This document shows, piece by piece, positions 48,909 to 57,367 of a DNA stretch of 64,000 bases. Source of the stretch: an uncultured Erysipelotrichaceae bacterium (GTDB lineage: Bacteria > Bacillota_I > Bacilli_A > RFN20 > CAG-826); contig CADCDA010000004.1 of NCBI GenBank assembly GCA_902800025.1, forward strand, positions 51,365 to 115,364, read 5' to 3'. The position numbers were made by a program, and so were the translations under genes. Position 1 is the first letter of the stretch. Each line of letters opens with the position of its first letter. The notes under the pieces were generated by a model. The model made no database searches and was not told where the DNA came from. It saw only the letters and a program-made list of their open reading frames with translations.

Positions 48909-49834
48909 TGAACAAGAACAAAAAGAGGTTTGAACACCATTCAAAAGACTATTCAGGAATTAGAGAATATCCAGTTACTAAAGATTCCGAACTTCTTGAG
49001 TTCCTTTTGGTGACCTTAAAAGATCAATCTCGTAACTCAGTCAAATCACTATTAAGTAATCACCGCGTCAGTGTTGATGGAGCGCCTATTTCTCAATTCA
49101 ATTTTAAGCTCTATAAAGGCGATGTTGTTATCATCTCTAAGACACCAATTAGAAAGAAAACACGCAGTAACCTACCGATTATCTATGAAAATGATGAGAT
49201 AATTGTCATTAATAAACCAAGCGGATTATTATCAATTGCAAGCGATAAAGAAAAAGGTTCAACAGCCTATAGAATGTTGACTGATTACGTTCAACAAAAA
49301 GACAAACACAACCGTATTTTTGTGGTTCATAGACTAGACGAAGATACTTCTGGAGTTTTGATGGTTGCAAAAAACCCAAAAATCCAGCAACAACTTCAAG
49401 ATAATTGGAACGACCTTGTGAAGTCTCGTGGTTATTTTGCTATTGTGGATGGAATCATGGAACAAAAGTCTGGAACCATTAAATCGTATTTAAAGAAAAA
49501 TGCTCAAAACATGATGTACTCTTCAAAAAAAGAAGGTGATGGTCAATTTTCTGTAACACACTATAAAGTTATTGCAGAAAATGGTAATTATTCCCTTTTA
49601 GATGTTCATATTGATTCTGGAAGAAAGAATCAAATTCGTGTTCACTTAGGAGATATTGGCCATCATGTCATCGGAGATGACAAGTACGGAAATCCAACTA
49701 ATCCGATTAAACGTTTGGGTTTACATGCTTATGAATTAGAACTCACCCATCCAGTTACAAAAAAGAACATGAAATTTACTGCCCCAATGCCGAAAGAGTT
49801 CCTTACCATTTTCCCAAACATAAAAAATAAATAG
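48908..49834 (+). CDS. RluA-family pseudouridine synthase with an N-terminal S4 domain
   Basis: 308 aa. Catalytic HRLDEDTSGVLMVAK and GRKNQIRVH. The start codon overlaps the RimK-like stop (TAATG). Confidence 0.85.
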   Translation: MNKNKKRFEHHSKDYSGIREYPVTKDSELLEFLLVTLKDQSRNSVKSLLSNHRVSVDGAPISQFNFKLYKGDVVIISKTPIRKKTRSNLPIIYENDEIIVINKPSGLLSIASDKEKGSTAYRMLTDYVQQKDKHNRIFVVHRLDEDTSGVLMVAKNPKIQQQLQDNWNDLVKSRGYFAIVDGIMEQKSGTIKSYLKKNAQNMMYSSKKEGDGQFSVTHYKVIAENGNYSLLDVHIDSGRKNQIRVHLGDIGHHVIGDDKYGNPTNPIKRLGLHAYELELTHPVTKKNMKFTAPMPKEFLTIFPNIKNK

Positions 49835-49873
49835 TATTTTTTCGTTTTAAAATTATCGTCATGTCGATATAAT

Positions 49874-51466
49874 ATGGGCATTATGAAAAACAAATACCTA
49901 AGATCTTTCTTTAATAGCGCTATATCTATTATCCCAATCGCGGTAATTGTTTTAGTTTTATCTTTTACAGGACTCGCTCCAATCAATAATACCGATTATG
50001 TTTCTTTAGCAATCGGTACGATTATCATGATTATTGGCTTGTCCTTTTTCCAAATTGGTGCTCAAAATGGACTAATTAGAGTTGGTGAATATATGGGTGC
50101 TTCTTTGTCTAAACAAAAGAATCTCATAATTGTTATTGTGTTTGCCTTCCTATTAGGATCGTTAATTACATGTGCTGAACCAAGTATTCTAATTATGTCA
50201 AAGCAAGCTGGATTAGATCCAATCATATTGATTGGTTCTATTGCCGCTGGCGTAGGCATATTTGTTGTTATTGGTATTTTAAGAATCGTTTTCCATAAAT
50301 CTCTAAATGTTTGGTACTTAGCGTTTTACCTCATTGTTTTTATGCTTTTATGCATATTACAAGTTGATCCAAAAAATCACGCATTCCTTCCGTTCATCTT
50401 TGATGCTGGTGGAATTACCACTGGTAGTGCGACTGTACCATTTATTTTAGCCCTAGGCGCTGGTGTTGCTATGACTCGTGGCGGCAATAGGTCAAAAGAT
50501 AGTTCTTTTGGTCTTGTTGGATTGGCGTCAATTGGACCAATCATTACGATGGTCATAATGATTTTAATAAACTCCAGTGGATTTGCTCCTTATGAAGTTA
50601 AACCAGCACCACTACCAGATATGAATTTGGTGGTTGATTTTGGTTATATCGGACAAAGATTATTAGGTTCTTTATTACCTGCTAGTGACTTCTCAACACT
50701 TGGTTCGATGATTGAAGTTGCAATGGCTTTAGCGCCTATTTTAGTTATCTTCTTTGTTTACGAATTGATCTTTATAAAATTGTCATTGAACAAGGTTCTT
50801 TCGCTTTTAATTGGATTTTTAGTGTCTTTTGTCGGCCTTTCAATGTTCCTAACAGCAGTTGGAAGTACGATGTCTCCAATCGGCTTAAAAGTTGGCCAAC
50901 AATTAGCTAAAGAACAAGATTGGATCATTATCCTCATCGCATTCATTATTGGCTGTGTCACTATTCTATGTGAGCCTGCAGTTCATGTCTTAACTACTCA
51001 AATCGAAGATATGAGTGATGGTCAACTTAAAAAAGAGACAGTCCTCGCTACTTTATCAATCGGTGTTGGCGTCGCTATTTGTTTATCAGTAATCAGAACA
51101 TTAATTGGATTCTCAATTATGTATTACATAATTCCTGGATATCTTGTTTCGCTTATTATGATGTTTATCGTTCCTGATTTATATACCGCGATTGCGTTTG
51201 ACTCTGGTGGAACAGCTTCTGGCCCTATGGCGGTATCATTTGTTCTTCCATTAATCGTTGGTATTTTCTCTGAAAGAAGCGGCTTAACTACAGGCGTTGA
51301 ATTCTATGAATCTGCTTTTGGTGTTGTTTCTATGGTTGCTATGACTCCAATACTAGCGATTCAAATTCTTGGTTTAGCGAGCAAATTCAAAACAATGTAC
51401 GCTTTGCATATTGTTAAAAATCAAATCCACGATGTTCGTAATAATGAAATTATTCATTTCAATTAA
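49874..51466 (+). CDS. DUF1538-like polytopic membrane protein (internally duplicated), putative transporter
   Basis: 530 aa with about 12 TM segments. The two halves share motifs: ITCAEPSILIM / ILCEPAVHVLT and FDAGGITTGSATVPFILALG / FDSGGTASGPMAVSFVLPL. Confidence 0.6.
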   Translation: MGIMKNKYLRSFFNSAISIIPIAVIVLVLSFTGLAPINNTDYVSLAIGTIIMIIGLSFFQIGAQNGLIRVGEYMGASLSKQKNLIIVIVFAFLLGSLITCAEPSILIMSKQAGLDPIILIGSIAAGVGIFVVIGILRIVFHKSLNVWYLAFYLIVFMLLCILQVDPKNHAFLPFIFDAGGITTGSATVPFILALGAGVAMTRGGNRSKDSSFGLVGLASIGPIITMVIMILINSSGFAPYEVKPAPLPDMNLVVDFGYIGQRLLGSLLPASDFSTLGSMIEVAMALAPILVIFFVYELIFIKLSLNKVLSLLIGFLVSFVGLSMFLTAVGSTMSPIGLKVGQQLAKEQDWIIILIAFIIGCVTILCEPAVHVLTTQIEDMSDGQLKKETVLATLSIGVGVAICLSVIRTLIGFSIMYYIIPGYLVSLIMMFIVPDLYTAIAFDSGGTASGPMAVSFVLPLIVGIFSERSGLTTGVEFYESAFGVVSMVAMTPILAIQILGLASKFKTMYALHIVKNQIHDVRNNEIIHFN

Positions 51467-51482
51467 GGTGTAAAATATATCT

Positions 51483-51932
51483 ATGGCAAAGAAAGAGAAG
51501 AAAGAAGTCGTTAAAGCTCCTACCGAAAAGGTCAAAAAGGAGAAAAAGAAGGAAGTTCTTGAAGAGGAACGTCCTGCTTTTGAAACACGCGACGATCTGA
51601 AAAAGTTATATTTATACACTATTATTGTTCCTCGTGGACAAGGAGAATACATATTACGTGTATTGAAAGCCAATCGAACTTCAGTGCAATTCCTTCAATA
51701 CGGCGAAGGAACAGCAAGTAACGCAATTAGAGGAATTCTTGGTATTGAAGATACAAAGAAAGACATCATCTATTCAATCGTTAGAGAAGACGCGATACCA
51801 GATATTAAAAAAGAAATTGATGTTTACTTTGTCGCCAGCAAAAAGAATAGAGGTATCGCTTATACGATTGCCTTAACAAGTATTGTTGGAGTCAAAATGT
51901 ATAAATTCTTAACTCAGACTGTGAGGGGGTAA
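51483..51932 (+). CDS. PII-like protein with a Lys/Glu-rich N-terminal extension
   Basis: 149 aa. The first ~40 residues are KKEKK-rich. The remainder (LYLYTIIVPRGQGEYILRVLK...IIYSIVRED...IAYTIALTSIVG) has a beta-alpha-beta pattern like PII / DUF1538-associated proteins. Confidence 0.5.
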   Translation: MAKKEKKEVVKAPTEKVKKEKKKEVLEEERPAFETRDDLKKLYLYTIIVPRGQGEYILRVLKANRTSVQFLQYGEGTASNAIRGILGIEDTKKDIIYSIVREDAIPDIKKEIDVYFVASKKNRGIAYTIALTSIVGVKMYKFLTQTVRG

Positions 51933-51937
51933 TTAAA

Positions 51938-52261
51938 ATGGCAGAAAAAGAAAAATATGAAGTAATCGTTGTTATCGTTAATGAAGGCCATTCTGACAAA
52001 GTCATGGACGCTGCTAGAGATGCAGGTGCAAGAGGTGGCACAATTACCCACGCTAGAGGAAGCGGAACTAAAGAAATTGAAAAGAGATATGGCATTGCCA
52101 TTACTCCTCAAAAAGAGATGCTCTATATTTTGGTTAATGAAAAAATTAGAGACTCAGTTATGGACGCTGTTAATAAGGCGGCTGGATTAGACACAATGGG
52201 GCAAGGTATTGTTTTTGCTTTACCAGTTAATAATGTTTCAGGTATCAAAATTGATCAATAG
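51938..52261 (+). CDS. PII-family (GlnB-like fold) signalling protein
   Basis: 107 aa. YEVIVVIVNEGHSDKVMDAARDAGARGGTITHARGSG and MLYILVNEKIRDSVMDAVNKAAGLDTMGQGIVFALPV align with the GlnB core. A GAGGGGG SD lies upstream. Confidence 0.65.
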   Translation: MAEKEKYEVIVVIVNEGHSDKVMDAARDAGARGGTITHARGSGTKEIEKRYGIAITPQKEMLYILVNEKIRDSVMDAVNKAAGLDTMGQGIVFALPVNNVSGIKIDQ

Positions 52262-52281
52262 TCCTGTCACAATCTAGAAAA

Positions 52282-52308
52282 AGAGAAATTGTTTGTTTCT
52301 CTTTTTTT
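52282..52308 (+). terminator. Rho-independent terminator after the PII-like genes
   Basis: Hairpin agagaaa-ttgtttg-tttctct followed by TTTTTT. Confidence 0.65.
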
Positions 52309-52354
52309 GTACTTGTTATATAATAACCATGCTTATTTCAAATAGGAGTTCTAT

Positions 52355-54109
52355 ATGAACAAACGAATTATCACTTTTGCAATGCTTGGCGTTTTATCGC
52401 TTACCACTTTTGGTGTAGCTTTAAATAAACAATCAACTTATTCAGAAATTTATGCGATTACTGGTTACGCAAACCATGATGGTGATACATATTATAACGG
52501 TATTGATGACTCCTTAACAGGCGATGATTTATTATCTGCTCTTAGGTCATTAAATAAGTCTAAAAGACAAGCAACAGTTGGATATGGCAGTATGGGAACA
52601 TCTGCTTCTGGCATGTTCAAATACACAGACTATGATCCAAATAGCGTCAAATATGACGAAAATAATCAACCATATGGCACAACAATAGTCAGTTTCTATT
52701 CTGGAAACACCATGACATCATTTAACCGTGAACACGTGTGGCCACAAAGCCATGGTGGTAAAAAAGTTGAAGCAGATATTCATATGCCTAGACCAACCAT
52801 TCCTTCGGAAAATGGTAGTAGAGGTAATTCTTTCTATGTTGAAGGGATGAAAGATCCTTCTCAAGGATGGGATCCTGCTATGGAATCATTTGGTAAAGAA
52901 GATTATAGAGGAGATTCTGCAAGAATCATCTTCTATTGTGTCGTTGCTAGCGATCAATTAAGTTTGGTGGATTTAACATACCATAGCACAACAAATAAAA
53001 ACCCAGATAATTTGATGGGGAAACTTTCCCATATGCTTAAATGGAACTTACAATATCCAGTTTTACAAAGAGAACAAAATAGAAACGAAGGTGCCGAATA
53101 TCTTCAAGGAAATAGAAACCCATTTATCGATCATCCAGAGTATGCTTGTAAAATTTGGGGTAATTATAACGATGACACTAAAAGTGTCTGTAGTGCATAT
53201 CTCGGAAAACAAATTAAGATTATGCTAGATGGCCAAAAGGCAACAGAGGTAACCATTAATAATGGTTCTTCAAAAGTTTTTGAAGCTAATGTGGATAATG
53301 AAACAGTGTCAAACGTTACATGGACATTAGTGACTTCTTCTGATGCTTCATATAACAACGACAAAATCACTTTATCTGTCTCAGATGGTAAAGCCACAGT
53401 TACTGCTGTTAGCGCTGATACAGCATATTTAAAAGCGTCTTATTCATATGACGATAATGGAACCACCAAAACTATAACCGCAAAAACAAAAATTACTTCA
53501 GTTGCGCCAGTTACATTAGAAAGTGTTACAGTTGATAATCCAAAGACAGAGTATTTAATTGGAGAAGATTTTGTTAAACCAACAGTTACTGCTCATTTTA
53601 GTGATAATACAACCCAAAACGTGAAAGAACTCGCCTCTTTTAGTGGATTTGACAGTGTTTCAGCCGGCACAAAAACCATTACAGTAACATACTTAGACAA
53701 GTCTACAACATATAATGTCACAGTCAGTGCGGAAGCGCCTGTATTAAATAACATTTCGTTAGGCAACATTAAGATCCATTACTCAGTTGGTGATGAGTTT
53801 GTAAAACCAGTAGTTACCGCAAATTATAGCGATGGTTCATCTAAGGATGTCACTAGTGAAGCTTCCTTTAGTGGATTCGATTCAACCACCGAAGGAATTA
53901 AAACAATCGTTGTTACTTATCAAGATAAGATGACAACATACGAAGTTGTTGTTTCTAATGGTTCTTATGGGCCAGAAACTCCTACTAATAGTAATGGTTG
54001 TGGAGGTAATGTTGCTACGGCTAGCATTGTTTTATCCTCTTTAGCGGCATTAGGCATAATAGCAATCGTGACATCCAAAATTATTCGTAAGAAAAAGAAA
54101 ATGGGTTAA
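52355..54109 (+). CDS. Secreted/membrane-anchored endonuclease I family nuclease with Ig-like (Big_3-type) repeats and a C-terminal TM anchor
   Basis: 584 aa. It has a signal peptide and Endonuclease_1 motifs (NREHVWPQSHGG; GNRNPFIDHPE). Two tandem ~70-aa repeats end TKTITVTYLDKSTTYNVTV and IKTIVVTYQDKMTTYEVVV. The C-terminus reads NGCGGNVATASIVLSSLAALGIIAIVTSKIIRKKKKMG. Confidence 0.8.
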   Translation: MNKRIITFAMLGVLSLTTFGVALNKQSTYSEIYAITGYANHDGDTYYNGIDDSLTGDDLLSALRSLNKSKRQATVGYGSMGTSASGMFKYTDYDPNSVKYDENNQPYGTTIVSFYSGNTMTSFNREHVWPQSHGGKKVEADIHMPRPTIPSENGSRGNSFYVEGMKDPSQGWDPAMESFGKEDYRGDSARIIFYCVVASDQLSLVDLTYHSTTNKNPDNLMGKLSHMLKWNLQYPVLQREQNRNEGAEYLQGNRNPFIDHPEYACKIWGNYNDDTKSVCSAYLGKQIKIMLDGQKATEVTINNGSSKVFEANVDNETVSNVTWTLVTSSDASYNNDKITLSVSDGKATVTAVSADTAYLKASYSYDDNGTTKTITAKTKITSVAPVTLESVTVDNPKTEYLIGEDFVKPTVTAHFSDNTTQNVKELASFSGFDSVSAGTKTITVTYLDKSTTYNVTVSAEAPVLNNISLGNIKIHYSVGDEFVKPVVTANYSDGSSKDVTSEASFSGFDSTTEGIKTIVVTYQDKMTTYEVVVSNGSYGPETPTNSNGCGGNVATASIVLSSLAALGIIAIVTSKIIRKKKKMG

Positions 54110-54168
54110 CACAAATCAAAAAGTAATATAATAATACTATTAAGTGAAAAATAAAGGAGATAGTTATC

Positions 54169-54522
54169 ATGGCAGTTAAAAAAGCAGTTCCTGCAAAGAA
54201 ACCAGTGGTTAAAAAAGCTGAACCAGCAAAAAAACCTGCAGCTAAAAAGACAGCAGAGAAAAAACCAGCTGCAAAGAAACCAGAAGCAAAGAAACCAGCA
54301 GCTAAAAAGGAAGACGTTTCATTCCGTACATACCATTTAGTCAAAAGACCAGATGGCAAATGGGAAGTGAAGTTTGCAGGCGGACAAAAAGCTATTAAAC
54401 TCTTTGATACTCAAAAAGAAGCTTTAGAGTATTCTAAGAAGATGGCAGAAAACCAAGATGGCAAAGTCTTAGTTCATAACTCCAAAGGTGCGAACAAAGG
54501 CCGTATCCAAAAGAAGAGATAA
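54169..54522 (+). CDS. Histone H1-like AKKP-repeat / DUF2188 domain protein
   Basis: 117 aa. Residues 1-47 are (A/P/E)KKP-type repeats. The C-terminal YHLVKRPDGKWEVKFAGGQKAIKLFDTQKEALEYSKKMAENQDGKVLVHNSKG matches the DUF2188 pattern. An AAAGGAG SD lies upstream. Confidence 0.65.
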   Translation: MAVKKAVPAKKPVVKKAEPAKKPAAKKTAEKKPAAKKPEAKKPAAKKEDVSFRTYHLVKRPDGKWEVKFAGGQKAIKLFDTQKEALEYSKKMAENQDGKVLVHNSKGANKGRIQKKR

Positions 54523-54544
54523 TCTACTCATAATATTATAGAAG

Positions 54545-54567
54545 GCGACATTAATGTGTCGCTTTTT
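54545..54567 (+). terminator. Rho-independent terminator
   Basis: Hairpin gcgaca-ttaatg-tgtcgc followed by TTTTT. Confidence 0.65.
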
Positions 54568-54573
54568 CTATAG

Positions 54574-54596
54574 AAAAAAAGATAGGTTTCCCTACC
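54574..54596 (-). terminator. Rho-independent terminator after typA
   Basis: Minus-strand hairpin ggtagg-gaaa-cctatc (GAAA tetraloop) followed by TTTTTTT. Confidence 0.5.
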
Positions 54597-56423
54597 TTAT
54601 TCTTCTGCTTTCTTGTTATGAGCTTCCCATTTCTTTCTTTCGGCAGTGTTAAGAATCTTCTTACGCATTCTATATGTTGATGGAGTAATTTCCACTAGTT
54701 CATCAGCGTTAATATAATCTAAACACGCTTCAAGAGATAATTTTCTTGGGGTCTTTAAGACAACTGTATTGTCTTTAGTGCTACTTCTAACGTTAGAAAG
54801 ATTTTTCTTTTGAGTAACATTGACTGCAAGATCGAAATCATAACGATGTTCACCAACAATCATACCTTCATATACTTCGGTACCTGGGTAGATAAACATA
54901 GTTCCTCTTTCTTCGGTATGTTCAATCGCATATGGGGTTGCTTGTCCAGCTTCTACTGAAACAAGGACACCAATATTTCTTTCTCCAATTGTTGAAGTAG
55001 TTACTGGGCGATACTCTTTATAAGTATGAGAGATAATGCCATAACCTTTGGTTAATGTCATAAAGTTAGTCATATAGCCTAATAGTCCACGGCTAGGGAT
55101 AACATAGTTAAGCACTGTAACGGTTTCTCTAGCATCCATATTGACTAGTTCACCACTTCTATTACCGATTGTGGTCATAATATCGCCTACGAACTCGTTT
55201 GGCACGTCAATTGTCAAATCTTCGTATGGTTCACATTTAACACCATCGATTTCTTTAATGATAACTTGTGGTTTACTAACTTCGAGTTCGAAACCTTCAC
55301 GTCTCATGTTTTCAATTAAAATTGAAAGGTGTAACTCTCCTCTTCCAGAAACAATCCAACTTTCAGTGTTTGGAATTCTTTCCACTCTTAAGGCGACGTC
55401 TTTTTGAGTTTCCCTAAAAAGTCTTTCTTCTATCTTTCTAGCGGTTAATAATTTTCCATCTTTTCCAGATAATGGAGAAGAGTTAGTGCCAAAAGTCATT
55501 TGAAGAGTTGGTTCATCTAATCTAATTAATGGGAGAGGTTCAACGTGTCCGCTTTGACAAATTGTTTCTCCAACGTTAATATCCGCTAAACCGGCAACCG
55601 CAACGATGTCTCCAGCGTGTGCTTCTTCAACTTCTAATCTCTTTAAACCTTGGAAACCAAAGAGTTTAAGAACACGGAAGTTAGTAATAGAGCCATCTAA
55701 ACGAGAAACGGCAACATTGTCGTTAACTTTGATTGTTCCTCTTTTGATTGTTCCAATACCAATACGACCAACGAAATCGTTATAGTCTAATAAAGCGACT
55801 TGGAGTTGTAGAGGACTATCTTTATCCATACAGGGAGCCGGTATTTCGTCAATAATGGTTTGTAAAACAGCGTCCATTCCTTCTACTTGTTTTGAAGGAT
55901 CTGAATCGTAAGAAGATGTTCCTTTTAATGCGGAAGTATAGACGGTTTTAAAATCTAAGAATTCGTCTGGAGCACCTAATTCGATGAAAAGCGTTAATAC
56001 TTCATCTAACGTTTTTTCAACGTCGATATTTGCTCTATCGATTTTGTTAATAACAACAATTGGTTTAACGTGAGCTTCTAATGCCTTCTTTAAAACGAAT
56101 CTTGTTTGTGGCATTGTCCCTTCAAAAGCATCAACGAGTAATAAACATCCGTCAACCATGTTCATTATTCTTTCGACTTCACCACCAAAGTCGGCGTGAC
56201 CTGGAGTGTCTAAAATATTAATTTTAGTGTCATTATAAATAATAGAAGTTGTCTTCGCTAAGATAGTGATTCCTCTTTCTCTTTCGATATCATTGGAATC
56301 CATAGCTCTATCAGATAATTCTTCGTTTGCTCTAAATGTGGAGGATGATTTTAAAAGTTGATCAACAAGTGTGGTTTTACCGTGGTCAACGTGAGCGATA
56401 ATTGCAATGTTTCTAATTTCCAT
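54597..56423 (-). CDS. typA: Translational GTPase TypA/BipA
   Basis: 608 aa. N-terminus IRNIAIIAHVDHGKTTLVD, then DTPGHADFGGEV and NKIDR, with an EF-G-like domain order. Confidence 0.95.
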   Translation of the reverse strand: MEIRNIAIIAHVDHGKTTLVDQLLKSSSTFRANEELSDRAMDSNDIERERGITILAKTTSIIYNDTKINILDTPGHADFGGEVERIMNMVDGCLLLVDAFEGTMPQTRFVLKKALEAHVKPIVVINKIDRANIDVEKTLDEVLTLFIELGAPDEFLDFKTVYTSALKGTSSYDSDPSKQVEGMDAVLQTIIDEIPAPCMDKDSPLQLQVALLDYNDFVGRIGIGTIKRGTIKVNDNVAVSRLDGSITNFRVLKLFGFQGLKRLEVEEAHAGDIVAVAGLADINVGETICQSGHVEPLPLIRLDEPTLQMTFGTNSSPLSGKDGKLLTARKIEERLFRETQKDVALRVERIPNTESWIVSGRGELHLSILIENMRREGFELEVSKPQVIIKEIDGVKCEPYEDLTIDVPNEFVGDIMTTIGNRSGELVNMDARETVTVLNYVIPSRGLLGYMTNFMTLTKGYGIISHTYKEYRPVTTSTIGERNIGVLVSVEAGQATPYAIEHTEERGTMFIYPGTEVYEGMIVGEHRYDFDLAVNVTQKKNLSNVRSSTKDNTVVLKTPRKLSLEACLDYINADELVEITPSTYRMRKKILNTAERKKWEAHNKKAEE

Positions 56424-56500
56424 TTTTCTTCCCTCCCTAATAAAAAATCTTTTCTAGTTTAGAAAAGTAGAGAGATTATTTCAAGAAGTATTATAGAAAA

Positions 56501-56528
56501 ATAGAAAAAGAAGTGTTTTGGCACCTCT
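56501..56528 (-). terminator. Probable terminator after rsmI
   Basis: Minus-strand hairpin agaggtg-ccaaaa-cacttct (one G-U pair) followed by a T-rich tract. Confidence 0.45.
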
Positions 56529-57367
56529 TATTTTACTAAGTCTTTAATGCGATTCTTTCTGATTTTAAATATTTCACTAACAGTGTCTATCGCATCTTTT
56601 TTTGACATACCTTTACTAGTGAAATATTCGACTTTATTAAGAATATCTTCGTTTGAGAATTCCTCTTCGTCTTTATTTCCTTCTACAACGATAACCATTT
56701 CGCCTTTTAATGTGGATTCATCTAAAGATGATAATTCGGAAAGCGTTCCATAAATCTTTTCTTCGTTGAGCTTTGTTAACTCTCTTTGCAATGAAGTGTT
56801 CCTATCACCAAGAACACTTAGCAAAACATTTAAAGTTTGCTTAATTCTATGTGGGCTTTCATAAAAACAGAGGGTTTCTTTCTTGTTTTTAAGGCTTTCT
56901 AACTCATTTTTTGCTTCATTTTCTTTAGGAGATAAAAATCCATGGAAATAAAAGTGTGATGTATCTAATCCTGAACTCACGACAGCGTTAATAAAGGCTG
57001 AGCTTCCTGAAATAACCGAAACCGCAATGTCGTTTTCAACACACATTTTAGTAAGTAAATATCCTGGATCACTGATTCCTGGATACCCTGCATCACTCAT
57101 GTATGCGACCTTTTTGCCATTTTTGATATCCTCTATCAACTTTGTTGATGCTTCTATTTCGTTATGTTCTCTTAAAGAGATGCATGGTTTATTGATATTG
57201 AACTTATGGAGCAAATCCATAGTGTTTCTAGTATCTTCTGCAGCGATTAAATCCATTTCATTTATTGTTTCAATAGCGCGCTTTGAAAACTCTCCTAAAT
57301 TTCCAATAGGAGTGGCGATTAAATATAAGACTAAGTGTGAGTTATCAAAAGATTTAATTCTCTTCAT
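56528..57367 (-). CDS. rsmI: 16S rRNA (cytidine1402-2'-O)-methyltransferase
   Basis: LYLIATPIGNLGEFSKRAIETINEMDLIAAEDTRNT, and DAGYPGISDPG. The start is uncertain. I chose MKRIKSF (57367), while the ORF track extends to 57454, which would overlap ricT by 100 nt. Confidence 0.85.
   Translation of the reverse strand: MKRIKSFDNSHLVLYLIATPIGNLGEFSKRAIETINEMDLIAAEDTRNTMDLLHKFNINKPCISLREHNEIEASTKLIEDIKNGKKVAYMSDAGYPGISDPGYLLTKMCVENDIAVSVISGSSAFINAVVSSGLDTSHFYFHGFLSPKENEAKNELESLKNKKETLCFYESPHRIKQTLNVLLSVLGDRNTSLQRELTKLNEEKIYGTLSELSSLDESTLKGEMVIVVEGNKDEEEFSNEDILNKVEYFTSKGMSKKDAIDTVSEIFKIRKNRIKDLVK

Noticed and set aside
54081-54359. 92-aa minus-strand ORF with FFAAGFF repeats.
   Set aside because: It is the mirror translation of the AKKP repeat DNA of the plus-strand H1-like gene, whose DUF2188 domain and SD support the plus-strand reading.
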